DNA from: an uncultured Mollicutes bacterium
GTDB lineage: Bacteria; Bacillota_I; Bacilli_A; RF39; UBA660
Assembly (NCBI GenBank): GCA_946500425.1
Contig: CAMMVQ010000001.1
Span: 15,056 to 79,055 of the forward strand
Length of the DNA stretch: 64,000 nucleotides
Reading direction: 5' to 3'
Part shown: in pieces, positions 1 through 9,851 of the stretch
Layout of the letters: every line of letters begins with the position of its first letter
Position numbering within the stretch: position 1 is the stretch's first letter
Notes under the pieces: model-generated
What the model was told of the DNA's origin: nothing
Seen by the model: only the letters and a program-made list of their open reading frames with translations
Databases searched by the model: none
Position numbers and translations under genes: made by a program

Positions 1-4
1 AGTT

Positions 5-1384
5 ATGATTATAAGTGACGTAATTTTGTTTTTATCGGTTGTGGTCACCAAATTAATTGGTAGTAAAATTAAAAACGGATACGCTATCGCACTAATGGCG
101 TTACTCTTTTTCCAAATGATATTTTTACATAACGCAAGTTTATTTTATAGCTTAATAACGCTTGTGTTTAACGTTCTATTAGTTATTTTATCTTTCACGA
201 TAAAGGATGAGTTCTTTAATAAATTAACGTTACCATTTGGCGTTTTACTGATATTAAACGTGTTAATTGGTTTAACTAATTATCCTTGGGTTAAGATGAT
301 GGTTTTTAGTTTGGTTCTTTTGATTTTAGCTATCGTTACAAAAGATAATAAAAAAAGATGGTTATGTGCCTCCCTAGCATATTTTCCTTTGGTAATGTTT
401 TTAGAGCAAGTACTAAGTGTTAGATTTTCAGTTATGCATGACTTGCGTTATATTTTATTAATGTTGTTCTTTTTAATCTTTACGAGAAAGTTCTTAAACC
501 TTAAAGATGATAATAATTCATGCGTGTTTGAACTTATTTTGTTTAGTTTTGTGGGATTAGTTTTATTAAATAACTTGTTTGATTTGCTGTTTATTATGTT
601 AACGTATTTATTATCATATGTTTTCGGTTATAAAAAAATTGGCTCTGGTAAAAATTATTTAAATTATTTGTTATTTATCACCCCGATAATTTATTTTAAA
701 ATTGACGAAACAAATAACGTGGTCTTGTACTTACTCATTATTTTAGGAGTTTATGTTTTAAATCAAATTATGTATCGTTTATTTTACGATGGTAGAAATA
801 AATTCATGGAAGTTGTGCATCTTTTAATTTCTTTTTTGCTTATGACTAACTTCGTTAGCTACCTACCATTTAGTAATGGTTTGCTAGCAATTATTAGTCT
901 TGTTTTCTTGTTTACGTTATCTTTGATATACGAAAATGAAAAAGTTAGGTTATTATCTTTTGCCTTAGTGTTTTATCCGGCGTTAATGATAATAGATACC
1001 ATTAATAACACGATAATAAATAATATTTTAAGTGTGTTTATTTTGTTTGTTCCTATTTTCATATTGACAAGGTACGTTTTAAAATTAGATGATAAAGTTT
1101 CCACCGGGGTTGAGTCAGTTGTTTTATCCTTCATGTTTTTACCATTTATCTTTGAAATTAATTTTATCGTAATGATAGTTTTATGTGGCGTTTGTTTATT
1201 ATTAATAACCATCGGAATACTTCTAAAATATAATTCATTACTTATTATAGGATTAGTTTTTATAATTTTAACCATTGTTATTCAAACTAGCCATGTATGG
1301 CTTTTCTTACCGCGGTGGCTTTATGTTTTAATCATAGGAATTATATTAGTTATTATTTCGGTAATAATGGAAAATACAGGCTAG
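5..1384 (+). CDS. Polytopic integral membrane protein (about 12 hydrophobic segments), function unknown; the 5' end may be truncated by the window edge
   Basis: Long ORF with a highly hydrophobic translation and repeated TM-like stretches. No catalytic motif recognised. Confidence 0.5.
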   Translation: MIISDVILFLSVVVTKLIGSKIKNGYAIALMALLFFQMIFLHNASLFYSLITLVFNVLLVILSFTIKDEFFNKLTLPFGVLLILNVLIGLTNYPWVKMMVFSLVLLILAIVTKDNKKRWLCASLAYFPLVMFLEQVLSVRFSVMHDLRYILLMLFFLIFTRKFLNLKDDNNSCVFELILFSFVGLVLLNNLFDLLFIMLTYLLSYVFGYKKIGSGKNYLNYLLFITPIIYFKIDETNNVVLYLLIILGVYVLNQIMYRLFYDGRNKFMEVVHLLISFLLMTNFVSYLPFSNGLLAIISLVFLFTLSLIYENEKVRLLSFALVFYPALMIIDTINNTIINNILSVFILFVPIFILTRYVLKLDDKVSTGVESVVLSFMFLPFIFEINFIVMIVLCGVCLLLITIGILLKYNSLLIIGLVFIILTIVIQTSHVWLFLPRWLYVLIIGIILVIISVIMENTG

Positions 1385-1455
1385 AAAATTATATTTTCTT
1401 GCTTTTTTTGTCTATCTTTAGTAAACTTAATACCAGTAATTATTGGAGGTGCAAG

Positions 1456-3039
1456 ATGCTTCAGGTTAATAATTTGAGTTTAAGGTTTGGTAAAAGAATA
1501 TTATTTGACAATGTTAATTTAAAGTTTACCCAAGGAAATTGTTACGGGGTAATTGGCGCTAATGGTGCTGGTAAATCCACTTTTTTAAAAGTGTTATCAG
1601 GAGAAATAGAGTCTACTACCGGTGATGTTGTGGTAACTGATAACGAACGTATTTCGGTTTTAAAACAAAATCATAACGCTTATGATGATAAAAACGTAAT
1701 AGAAACCGTTATCATGGGGAACAAACGTTTATACGACATCATGAAAGAAAAAGAAGAAATATATTCTAAAGCGGACTTTAGCGAAGAAGATGGATTAAGA
1801 GTAGGTGAGTTAGAAGCGGTGTTTGCGGAAATGGACGGTTGGCAAGCGGAAAGTGACGCGGCTATTTTACTAAGTGGTTTGGGCCTTCCTAAGGTTTATT
1901 TTAATGACGTAATGGCAAACTTATCCGGGGAAGACAAAGTAAAGGTCTTGTTAGCACAAGCTTTGTTTGGTAATCCTGACATTTTAATATTGGATGAGCC
2001 AACTAATTATCTTGATATTAGTGCCAAAATATGGTTAGAAAACTTTTTGCTAGATTTTAAAAATACCGTTATAGTAGTATCACATGATAGACATTTTCTA
2101 AACAAGGTGTGCACGCATATATTAGACATTGATTATGAAAAAATTAAGATGTTTGTTGGTAATTATGATTTTTGGCTTGAATCAAGTGAGTTAATTCAAA
2201 AACAAATGCGTGATTCAAATAAGAAGAAAGAGGAAAAAATAAAAGAGCTCCAAGATTTTATAAGGCGTTTTAGTGCTAACGCTTCAAAATCAAAGCAAGC
2301 TACCTCAAGGAAAAAATTATTAGAGAAAATAGAGTTAGATGATATCAAACCATCTTCCAGAAAATATCCGTACATAAACTTCGAAGTGGATAAGGATTTA
2401 GGAAAGAACGTTTTAGAATTAAAAGGTGTTAGTAAAACCATCGATGGGCAGGTCGTTTTAAAGAATCTTAATCTTACGATTAATAACACTGATAAAGTCG
2501 CGTTCGTTGGAAAAAATGAACTTGCCAAAACAACTTTGTTTAAAATAATTACTGGTGAAATAAAGCCAGATAGTGGTACCGTTACTTGGGGCACAACTGC
2601 TAGCTACTCATATTTTCCTAAAGAAAATGATGAGTATTTTAAAGAAGACGTTAACTTGGTAGATTTTTTAAGACCTTATTCAAAAGAACAAGAAGAAGCA
2701 TACTTAAGAGGATTTTTAGGAAGAATGTTATTTTCTGGGGAGGAAGCCCTTAAAAAAGTAGGAGTTTTGTCTGGCGGGGAAAAGGTAAGATTAATGTTTT
2801 CTAGGATGATGCTAAAAAAAGCTAATGTTATTATCCTGGATGAACCGACCAATCATCTTGATATCGAAACTATAACCTCACTTAATAAGGCAATGAAAAA
2901 TTTTAAGGGAGTGTGTTTATTTTCTTCTTATGATTACGAGCTTGTTCAAAGTGTTGCAAACCGAATAATAGAATTTAAGGATGATGGCAAGTACGTTGAT
3001 AAAGTAGTGACTTATGATGAGTACTTAAATAATAATTAG
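1456..3039 (+). CDS. ABC-F family ATPase (translation-associated, two nucleotide-binding domains without a membrane domain)
   Basis: Two Walker A motifs (GANGAGKST and a second degenerate P-loop at VGKNELAKTT) and two signature motifs (LSGEDKVKV, LSGGEKVRL). Charged K/E-rich inter-domain linker typical of ABC-F. GGAGG RBS 6 nt upstream of ATG 1456; the ORF-track N-terminal extension was rejected. Confidence 0.85.
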   Translation: MLQVNNLSLRFGKRILFDNVNLKFTQGNCYGVIGANGAGKSTFLKVLSGEIESTTGDVVVTDNERISVLKQNHNAYDDKNVIETVIMGNKRLYDIMKEKEEIYSKADFSEEDGLRVGELEAVFAEMDGWQAESDAAILLSGLGLPKVYFNDVMANLSGEDKVKVLLAQALFGNPDILILDEPTNYLDISAKIWLENFLLDFKNTVIVVSHDRHFLNKVCTHILDIDYEKIKMFVGNYDFWLESSELIQKQMRDSNKKKEEKIKELQDFIRRFSANASKSKQATSRKKLLEKIELDDIKPSSRKYPYINFEVDKDLGKNVLELKGVSKTIDGQVVLKNLNLTINNTDKVAFVGKNELAKTTLFKIITGEIKPDSGTVTWGTTASYSYFPKENDEYFKEDVNLVDFLRPYSKEQEEAYLRGFLGRMLFSGEEALKKVGVLSGGEKVRLMFSRMMLKKANVIILDEPTNHLDIETITSLNKAMKNFKGVCLFSSYDYELVQSVANRIIEFKDDGKYVDKVVTYDEYLNNN

Positions 3040-3070
3040 TATGATTTTTTAATAATCATACTTTTTTTGA
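3038..3070 (+). terminator. Rho-independent terminator after the ABC-F gene
   Basis: Inverted repeat agtatgatt / aatcatact with loop ttttaat, followed by a T7 run. Confidence 0.6.
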
Positions 3071-3189
3071 TTTTTAGTTATCCACAAGAAAAAAAGAATT
3101 TAGTGCTTTTTTGTTTCTTAATAACTATTTACTTTTTTGTTAAAAGTGGCTATAATAGAGGCATTTATTTAATGTCGGGGTGATTAGGA

Positions 3190-3882
3190 GTGAAAAGATT
3201 ATTAACTTTTATTCCTTTAGGAATAGGGATAAGCGCTGCTATAATATATATTTTTAACGTTGTTCAGTTTAGGGTTATAAATAATTCAGCAACCTTGCTA
3301 CAAATTTTATCAAACTTAAAGATATATTTATACATATCAATCGCAGGGTTTTTAACTTATTTTTTAATAAAGGTACTTTTTGCTCTTAACAATAAAGGTG
3401 TAAGTGTAAGAACTAACGAGAATGACGAGACTCAAGAACAAAAAGACGATTTTATACTAAATCGTCCGGCTTCTAATACCAACGTTGTAAAGCAAGTTAC
3501 ACCTCAAAATGATTATAATAATATGAATACATACGTTCCAAATTATGACTATGTTCCAAGGTATAAAAAAGAAAATGAAAGTGTTAGTTCTTCAAACGTA
3601 TTAGAAGAACAAAAAGACGATTCAAACGTTAGGGTTCATTTCGTATACTGTGGAAAATGTGGCGCAAAAATAAATAAAGAAGACGTTTTCTGCCGTAATT
3701 GTGGTGCCAGGCAAAAAGAAAAAAAATCTGATGTCAACCCAACTTTAAGGAGCCTGATAAACTTATTAGAGATAGTTATTCTTATTTTAATATTATATTT
3801 TTCGGTGAACATGATGTTTGATTATAAAGAAAGCAAAGACCCAAACTTTAAATCTCCGTTTAACGTTAGCATGACGAAGTGA
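3190..3882 (+). CDS. Membrane protein with a C-terminal zinc-ribbon (CxxC-x12-CxxC)
   Basis: Two N-terminal TM segments, the motif CGKCGAKINKEDVFCRNCGA, and a C-terminal TM. GTG start with GGGGTGA upstream. Confidence 0.5.
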   Translation: MKRLLTFIPLGIGISAAIIYIFNVVQFRVINNSATLLQILSNLKIYLYISIAGFLTYFLIKVLFALNNKGVSVRTNENDETQEQKDDFILNRPASNTNVVKQVTPQNDYNNMNTYVPNYDYVPRYKKENESVSSSNVLEEQKDDSNVRVHFVYCGKCGAKINKEDVFCRNCGARQKEKKSDVNPTLRSLINLLEIVILILILYFSVNMMFDYKESKDPNFKSPFNVSMTK

Positions 3883-4354
3883 CATTACTTTGTCTTTTTA
3901 TTATGCTTTCTATTATTTTTGGATTTTTAATGCACAGAAAGTTTTTGTACATAAAGTTTTGCGACGCAATAACTTTAGTAAGGTCATTAACTTTTTTGAT
4001 TTCATATTTTACTTTATCATTTTTTATTATAACTTTATTTATTTTTGATTTGAACATTCTCGGATTATAAGAGGTAAATAAATTTAAACCCTCAACTTTA
4101 AAACTGTTATTAAAAAGTTCAAAGCTATTTGCGCACACGATAAATTTAACACCGCTTTCAATGGCTTTTATTAAGCTTTTTTTATTCTTGTTTAATTTGT
4201 TTTTAATCTCGGATAACTTTTCTTCTTTATAATTACCAAAGTAGTAAATGTTGCCTTTTTTAAAATATACTTTATCTTTTATGGACATGTTAGAAATAAA
4301 TTTTTTGTTAATAAAATTGTCATTTAAATATTCTTGTTCTAGTACTTTTATCAT
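3866..4354 (-). CDS. Lysine-rich hypothetical protein; its 3' end is convergent with and overlaps the previous gene by 17 nt
   Basis: 162-165 aa minus-strand ORF with GGGTGA RBS before ATG 4354. No recognisable domain. Confidence 0.4.
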   Translation of the reverse strand: MIKVLEQEYLNDNFINKKFISNMSIKDKVYFKKGNIYYFGNYKEEKLSEIKNKLNKNKKSLIKAIESGVKFIVCANSFELFNNSFKVEGLNLFTSYNPRMFKSKINKVIIKNDKVKYEIKKVNDLTKVIASQNFMYKNFLCIKNPKIIESIIKRQSNVTSSC

Positions 4355-4474
4355 TATTATCACCCGTTAATGTTATTGGTTATAATTAAAAATTTTAAAC
4401 AATAAAAAACATAAAACTTGAAAAAAGAAGTAAAATAAAGTAGAATAGTAAGCGTGAACAAAGAGGTGATAATA

Positions 4475-5188
4475 ATGGGAAGATTTCCAAATATAGCAGC
4501 TAGTAAGGCAAAAACTGGAGCACAAAAAGCTAAGGTTTATTCTAGTTACGCCAAAGAAATATATCAAGTAGCTAAACAAGGTGGTACTGATCCTAATGGG
4601 AATTTAAGTTTAAGACATTTAATTGAAAAGGCTAAAAAAGAGCAGGTTCCTCAAGAGGTTATTAAAAGAGCAATAGATAAAGTAAATAGTGGTGTTGATG
4701 AAAGCTATACTTCGGTTAGGTATGAGGGTTTTGCATCCGGCGGTGCTACCGTTATGGTGGATTGTTTAACTGATAACGTTAATAGAACGGTAAGCTTGGT
4801 TAGAAACGCATTTACTAAGTCTAAAGGAAAAATGGGTGTTTCAGGGAGCGTTTCCCATATGTACGAACATTTATCGGTTATTTCGGTAAATAACATAACC
4901 GAAGACGAAGTGTTAGAAGCCCTTTTAAATGCTGGTGTGGATGCTAAAGACGTTTATACCGAAGATGGCAACGTTAATGTTTACGGTGAACCTAATAGCT
5001 TATACGACATAAAAGACGCGATAACGAGTTATAAAAAAGATGCTAATTTTTTGGTGGAAGAAGTAACGATGCTTCCTAGTGAAATGGTTATTTTAGAAGG
5101 CGAAGATAAGGAAAACTTTGAAAAGCTAATAAGTATGTTAGATGATATAGAAGACATTCAAAAGGTATATCATAACGTTAATCTATAA
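4475..5188 (+). CDS. yeeN: YebC/PmpR-family (YeeN-subfamily) probable transcriptional regulatory protein
   Basis: N-terminus MGRFPNIAASKAKTGAQKAKVYSSYAKEIY...LRHLIEKAKKEQVP matches the YeeN-type YebC signature. AAGAGGTG RBS. Confidence 0.85.
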   Translation: MGRFPNIAASKAKTGAQKAKVYSSYAKEIYQVAKQGGTDPNGNLSLRHLIEKAKKEQVPQEVIKRAIDKVNSGVDESYTSVRYEGFASGGATVMVDCLTDNVNRTVSLVRNAFTKSKGKMGVSGSVSHMYEHLSVISVNNITEDEVLEALLNAGVDAKDVYTEDGNVNVYGEPNSLYDIKDAITSYKKDANFLVEEVTMLPSEMVILEGEDKENFEKLISMLDDIEDIQKVYHNVNL

Positions 5189-5357
5189 ATAGTTATTTTT
5201 ACAAAAAAAGAAATTTTGCAAATAAATATATTATAAGAAGGACGAACTTTATGTAGTTTGTCTTTTTTTGTTATATTTTAAATTCAAAAATTGAAAATTC
5301 GTAATTTGATAGATAGTTTTAATTATAGTAATATGTTACAAAAAGGAGGGTTTAAAC

Positions 5358-6302
5358 ATGAATAAAAATAACGATAGGGTAATAACCATGGCGTCTGATA
5401 CTGTTTTTAAAAGTGTATTACAAGACAGAAACTGTGAAGATTATTTGGTTGACATTATAAGTGGTATTACTAAAATTGAAAGGTCGTTTGTTAAGCAAAA
5501 TTTGGTTTTTAAAAACAGCGAACTATCAAAGGAAGAACTAGAAGAAAAGGGAAAGGTAACGGACTTGTTAATTGAACTAAGAGATAACATAATAAACTTA
5601 GAAATGAATAAAAAATATTATGATGGCCTGTTTGATAAAAATGATAGGTACGTTGATAAGGTTAAAGAAGGTTTGGTAACTAAAGGAGAAAAGTATGGTA
5701 AGCAAAAAAAGGTTATTCAGATTAATTTTGATAATTTTGAATTATTTGATGAAAGAATAATAATTAAATTTAAAATGATGGACGTAGAAAAAGGACTTAT
5801 TAGAAGCGATTATCTTTTTACTACTGACATTGAAATATACCATATAAACTTGAAAAGGGTAAGAGACATGTATTATAATAAAAGTAACTTAAGTAAGTTT
5901 GAGAGGGAATTGCTTATAATGACGATTGATAGTATGGATGAACTTACCAAGTTAACTAAAGGTTATAAGGAGATGGAAAGTGTGGTTAAAAAGATTAGTA
6001 AGTTAACTAAGGAAGAAGAAATGCAAGGAATATACATAAAAGAAGAACAAGAGGAGTTTATAAGGCAAAAAATAAGAGAGTATGCAGCCGCCAAGGGATA
6101 TGAAGAAGGAGTGCAAAACGGTGTTAAGCAAGGAATCAAACAAGGAATTGAGCAAGGAGTTGAAAAGGGCATTGAAGAGGGAATGCTTGCTAAACAAAGT
6201 GAGATAGTTAAAAATATGTTGTTACGGGGAATAGACATTAAGGTGATAAAAGATGTTACAAGAATGAGTGAAGAAGAGATTATGAAAATTGACAAAGAAT
6301 AA
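5358..6302 (+). CDS. Rpn-family PD-(D/E)XK nuclease ('transposase_31'-like, recombination-promoting nuclease)
   Basis: N-terminal DTVFKSVL motif. C-terminal degenerate G-x-x-Q-G/E-x-G repeats (GVQNGVKQGIKQGIEQGVEKGIEEG) followed by an I..I..VT.MS.EEI tail, which is typical of this family. No flanking inverted repeats seen. Confidence 0.7.
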   Translation: MNKNNDRVITMASDTVFKSVLQDRNCEDYLVDIISGITKIERSFVKQNLVFKNSELSKEELEEKGKVTDLLIELRDNIINLEMNKKYYDGLFDKNDRYVDKVKEGLVTKGEKYGKQKKVIQINFDNFELFDERIIIKFKMMDVEKGLIRSDYLFTTDIEIYHINLKRVRDMYYNKSNLSKFERELLIMTIDSMDELTKLTKGYKEMESVVKKISKLTKEEEMQGIYIKEEQEEFIRQKIREYAAAKGYEEGVQNGVKQGIKQGIEQGVEKGIEEGMLAKQSEIVKNMLLRGIDIKVIKDVTRMSEEEIMKIDKE

Positions 6303-6483
6303 ATAATGTTGTATTATTTATTTATGTTTAAAATCAATGACGAAGACAAGTAACTAATATTTTATTCTAAAGAGAGTTATCGTTTGGTGTAAGATGACGT
6401 TTAAATTTTAGTGAATCTACTTCTAAGACAAATGTTAAAAGCATTTGCGGCTAAAACCGTTATACTAATTAAGACTATCAAAA

Positions 6484-6545
6484 AGGATGGTACCGCGCAA
6501 GCTGCGCTCCTTTGTTTGGTGGTCTTTTTATTTTAAAGGAGGATA
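6484..6545 (+). promoter_or_regulatory. Possible T-box-like leader (GGATGGTACCGCG core plus GC hairpin and U-run) upstream of the DUF1653-HD-serS operon
   Basis: aaaaGGATGGTACCGCGcaagctgcgc followed by tcctttgtttggtggtcttttta. An upstream AGAGAG element and a UCU-A candidate specifier lie in the 246-nt leader. Not verified structurally. Confidence 0.35.
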
Positions 6546-6548
6546 TTT

Positions 6549-6791
6549 ATGAGAGAAATAAAACCAAATACGGTGTATAAGCATTTTAAAGGTTCAAAAG
6601 CGTTTGTTATTACGCTGGCAAAGCATAGTGAAACTGGGGAAGATTTAGTTGTTTACTGCTGCGTTGATAATGAAAATACAAATCATAAGGACGGAATATA
6701 CGCAAGACCGCTTGATATGTTTCTATCAGAAGTCGACCATGAAAAGTATCCATATGTAAAACAACGATATAGATTTGAAGAGGTAAAGTGA
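6549..6791 (+). CDS. DUF1653-family small protein
   Basis: YKHFKG...[11 protein letters not shown]...ARPLDMFL pattern characteristic of DUF1653. AAGGAGG RBS. Confidence 0.6.
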   Translation: MREIKPNTVYKHFKGSKAFVITLAKHSETGEDLVVYCCVDNENTNHKDGIYARPLDMFLSEVDHEKYPYVKQRYRFEEVK

Positions 6792-7306
6792 TGATGAGAG
6801 CAAAAACTTTGAAAGAATATTTTACTGAGGAAAAATATGAAGAGTTAAAAAATAGCGATAATTTAATATATAAAGCGTTAGAAATAGCAAGTATATTATT
6901 TAAAAATGATACCGATAAAGGAGGTTATCCTTATTCTTTACACCTTTTATACGTTTATCAGAACGTTGATACTAAAGAAGAAAAGGTAATTGCGCTTCTT
7001 CATGACGTGATGGAAGATAAGAATATAAGCAAAGAAGAATTATTAAATGTTGGTTTTCCGTTAAAAATAGTTAATGATGTTTTAATATTAACCAGGATAA
7101 AGCCACTTGAATATAATGATTACATAGATAACATTGTTAAAAATGGTTCAAAAGAGGTTTTGACGGTAAAATTAGCAGATTTAAAAAACAACATAGATTT
7201 ATCAAGGATTAAAAATCCTAGTGTTAAAGATTATGAAAGGGTGGAAAAAAGATACATGCCTTCATACGAGAAAATATTAAATAGATTAAAGGAGCTTGAA
7301 AAATGA
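6791..7306 (+). CDS. Small HD-domain phosphohydrolase (RelA/SpoT-like HD motif LHDVMED)
   Basis: The motif H..LHDVMEDKN resembles the (p)ppGpp hydrolase HD signature. Translationally coupled to the flanking genes. Confidence 0.5.
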   Translation: MMRAKTLKEYFTEEKYEELKNSDNLIYKALEIASILFKNDTDKGGYPYSLHLLYVYQNVDTKEEKVIALLHDVMEDKNISKEELLNVGFPLKIVNDVLILTRIKPLEYNDYIDNIVKNGSKEVLTVKLADLKNNIDLSRIKNPSVKDYERVEKRYMPSYEKILNRLKELEK

Positions 7307-8586
7307 TTGATATTAAATTAATAAGAGAAAATAAAGACTTAGTAAAAGAAAATATTAAGAAGAAGTTTCAAGATAAGAAACTTCCATTAGTAGATGAAGT
7401 TTATGAAATGGATATTTTATATCGTAAAACAAAAACTGAAGCTGATGAAGCAAGAAGTATGATAAACGCTTTAAGTAAAGAAATAGGAAACCTAATGCGG
7501 GATAAAAAGATAGATGAAGCAAGTAAGATTAAAGATCAGGTATCTACCATAAAGGCTAAAATTCCAGAATTAGAAAAAGAAGAAGAAAGGTTAGAAAAAG
7601 AAATCAAAACAAGGATGATGTTAATTCCTAACATAATTGCAAATGACGTTCCCATTGGAGAAGATGATTCTAAAAACGTAGAAGAGCAAAAATTTGGAGA
7701 ACCAAAAGTTCCTGATTTTGAAATTCCTTACCATGCGGATATTATGGCTTCATTTAATGGGTTAGATAAAGATGCGGCAGGACGTGTTAGTGGAAACGGT
7801 TTTTATTACTTAATGGGAGATATTGCACGTCTTCATTCATCGGTTTTATCATATGCTAGAGACTTTATGATTGATAAAGGATTTACTTATTGTATTCCGC
7901 CATACATGATTCACTCTGATGCGGTAGACGGAGTTATGTCTTTTGAAGAAAAAGAAAACATGATGTATAAAATAGAAGGAGAAGATTTATATTTAATTGG
8001 AACGTCGGAACATTCTATGATAGCAAAATTTAAGGACCAACTTTTGAAAGAAACGGAGTTACCGATTACCATGACCTCATATTCTCCTTGCTTTAGAAAG
8101 GAAGTTGGTGCTCACGGAATAGAAGAACGTGGAGTGTATCGTATCCACCAGTTTGAAAAGCAGGAAATGGTAGTTTTGTGTAAACCAGAAGAAAGTGATG
8201 TTTGGTATGATAAAATGTGGCAATATTCGGTAGAATTATTTAGGAGTTTAAACATACCAGTTAGAAAGCTTGTTTGTTGTTCTGGAGACCTTGCTGACTT
8301 AAAATATAGGTCATGTGACATCGAGGCTTGGAGCCCAAGACAGAAAAAATACTTTGAGGTTTGTTCTTGCTCTAACTTGACCGATGCCCAAGCAAGAAGA
8401 CTCGGAATTAGGTACAAAAAAGAAGATGGGACAAAGCAGTATGTTCACACTTTAAATAATACTGTTATTGCGCCTCCTAGAATGTTAATAGCCTTTTTGG
8501 AAAACAACTTACAAAAAGATGGTAGCATTATTATTCCAGAAGCTTTAAGACCATATATGGGTGGTAAAGAAAAAATAGAAAAGTAA
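7303..8586 (+). CDS. serS: Seryl-tRNA synthetase
   Basis: N-terminal MIDIKLIREN coiled-coil arm and class II aaRS core motifs. Typical 427-aa length. Confidence 0.95.
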   Translation: MIDIKLIRENKDLVKENIKKKFQDKKLPLVDEVYEMDILYRKTKTEADEARSMINALSKEIGNLMRDKKIDEASKIKDQVSTIKAKIPELEKEEERLEKEIKTRMMLIPNIIANDVPIGEDDSKNVEEQKFGEPKVPDFEIPYHADIMASFNGLDKDAAGRVSGNGFYYLMGDIARLHSSVLSYARDFMIDKGFTYCIPPYMIHSDAVDGVMSFEEKENMMYKIEGEDLYLIGTSEHSMIAKFKDQLLKETELPITMTSYSPCFRKEVGAHGIEERGVYRIHQFEKQEMVVLCKPEESDVWYDKMWQYSVELFRSLNIPVRKLVCCSGDLADLKYRSCDIEAWSPRQKKYFEVCSCSNLTDAQARRLGIRYKKEDGTKQYVHTLNNTVIAPPRMLIAFLENNLQKDGSIIIPEALRPYMGGKEKIEK

Positions 8587-8627
8587 TTAGCTTTTCTATT
8601 TTTTCTATAATTTCGACAAAAAAATGC

Positions 8628-8660
8628 TTGCATTTTAAAAATAATGTGGTAGAATTAATT
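8628..8660 (+). promoter_or_regulatory. Sigma-A-like promoter (TTGCAT -35, extended TGgTAGAAT -10)
   Basis: Spacing of about 16-17 nt. Lies upstream of the 8726 ORF. Confidence 0.4.
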
Positions 8661-8725
8661 TCGCTGCTATTTTAAAGCATAGAATATAAAGTTTCATATA
8701 TTATTATAAGAAAGGAGGAAAAATA

Positions 8726-8995
8726 ATGGAATTAGCAATTAAAGAAGAAAATACTAAATCAAAAGTGCTTGATTTTTCAGGAGCGAATTTAATTATGTAT
8801 TTGAGGGGCTTTGATATTAAAAACGATACTTTTGATTCTGGAAAACGCTATACTGATTTTGAAATTCAAATTTTAGAAAATTATTATGATGAGAAAAGAC
8901 AAACGGCTGATATATTAGTGATAGAAGGTGAATATGTTGGTAGAACATATGATAATTTGGACGTTATTAAAAGCAAGTTTATAAAAAAATTATAA
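8726..8995 (+). CDS. Hypothetical small protein (89 aa)
   Basis: ORF with AAGGAGG RBS. No domain recognised. Confidence 0.4.
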   Translation: MELAIKEENTKSKVLDFSGANLIMYLRGFDIKNDTFDSGKRYTDFEIQILENYYDEKRQTADILVIEGEYVGRTYDNLDVIKSKFIKKL

Positions 8996-9051
8996 ATATA
9001 ATTAAACTTGTTTTTTTAGATTGGAAAAGTGTAGAAAGTACGCAAAAAGCA

Positions 9052-9080
9052 TTGACATGTGTGCCTAATACGCATATAAT
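9052..9080 (+). promoter_or_regulatory. Consensus sigma-A promoter (TTGACA-17-TATAAT)
   Basis: Perfect -35 and -10 hexamers with a 17-nt spacer, upstream of the NUDIX gene. Confidence 0.6.
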
Positions 9081-9100
9081 ATAAATGTAAGGTGATTTAA

Positions 9101-9781
9101 ATGAGAGTAGGAAATAGATTATATGAAAATCAAGGAATTCACGTTATAAGTGCTATTTTTACGGTTGATGGTAATTGTACAAAGGTCTTATTAGTTAAAA
9201 GAAAAAATGAACCATATAAAGGAAAATGGGCTTTAGTTGGTGGTGCTTTATATAATAATGAATATTTAGAAGACGGTGCAAGAAGAGAAATATTTGAAAA
9301 AACAGGAATTAAGGACGTTAATCTTTATCAGTATGGCGTGTTTGATGAGCTTAGAAAAAATGATAACAACAACATGAGAATGGTTGCAATAGCTTATTTA
9401 GGACTAATTGATGGAAAAAATACCAAGATAATAAAAGAAAACAAAAATACCACTGACGCGTTATGGTTTGATATAAATAACGTTCCAAACTTAGCGTTTT
9501 CTCATAATGAAATATTAGAAAAAGAACTAGAAAAATTAAGGGTGTTAATATTAAAAAGTAATATTTTAAAAGTGTTATTACCAGAAGAATTTACGATGCC
9601 ACAGTTGCAAAGCATATATGAAGGAATATTGAATAAGACCTTTGACAGAAGGAATTTTAGAAAGAAAATACTTAGTTTAAACATTATAGAAGATACAAAT
9701 AAAGAGGTTAGTATAAATGGCAATAAACCATCTAAACTATATAAGTTTAAAGATAAAATAGAAAATAAAAAGATATTTTAA
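9101..9781 (+). CDS. NUDIX hydrolase with a C-terminal extra domain (possibly NrtR-like)
   Basis: Nudix box GKWALVGGALYNNEYLEDGARREIFEKTGI. About 75 C-terminal residues lie beyond the Nudix fold. Confidence 0.75.
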   Translation: MRVGNRLYENQGIHVISAIFTVDGNCTKVLLVKRKNEPYKGKWALVGGALYNNEYLEDGARREIFEKTGIKDVNLYQYGVFDELRKNDNNNMRMVAIAYLGLIDGKNTKIIKENKNTTDALWFDINNVPNLAFSHNEILEKELEKLRVLILKSNILKVLLPEEFTMPQLQSIYEGILNKTFDRRNFRKKILSLNIIEDTNKEVSINGNKPSKLYKFKDKIENKKIF

Positions 9782-9851
9782 AGCGTGTTTTATTTAAATC
9801 ACGTTTTTAAAATAAATTGTATGTGTATAAAATACACAAAAGGAGGAGAAG

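Noticed and set aside
973-1275. Minus-strand ORFs in the six-frame track that lie inside longer plus-strand genes (973-1275, 2196-2594, 4705-4896, 5963-6295, 8112-8417, 12487-12696, 25153-25377, 32595-32780, 44512-44802, 58395-58941, 61480-61764 and others)
   Set aside because: They are fully embedded antisense to well-supported genes, have biased low-complexity translations and no RBS. They are treated as shadow ORFs.
1297-1455. N-terminal extensions proposed by the ORF track for the ABC-F gene (1297), rpsB (57664), typA (27983), miaB (19411), tdk (12837) and the PP-loop gene (13493)
   Set aside because: Internal ATG codons with properly spaced Shine-Dalgarno sequences and conserved protein N-termini indicate the shorter starts.
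5358-6302. Rpn/transposase_31 gene as an active insertion sequence
   Set aside because: No terminal inverted repeats or target-site duplication were detectable in the flanks.
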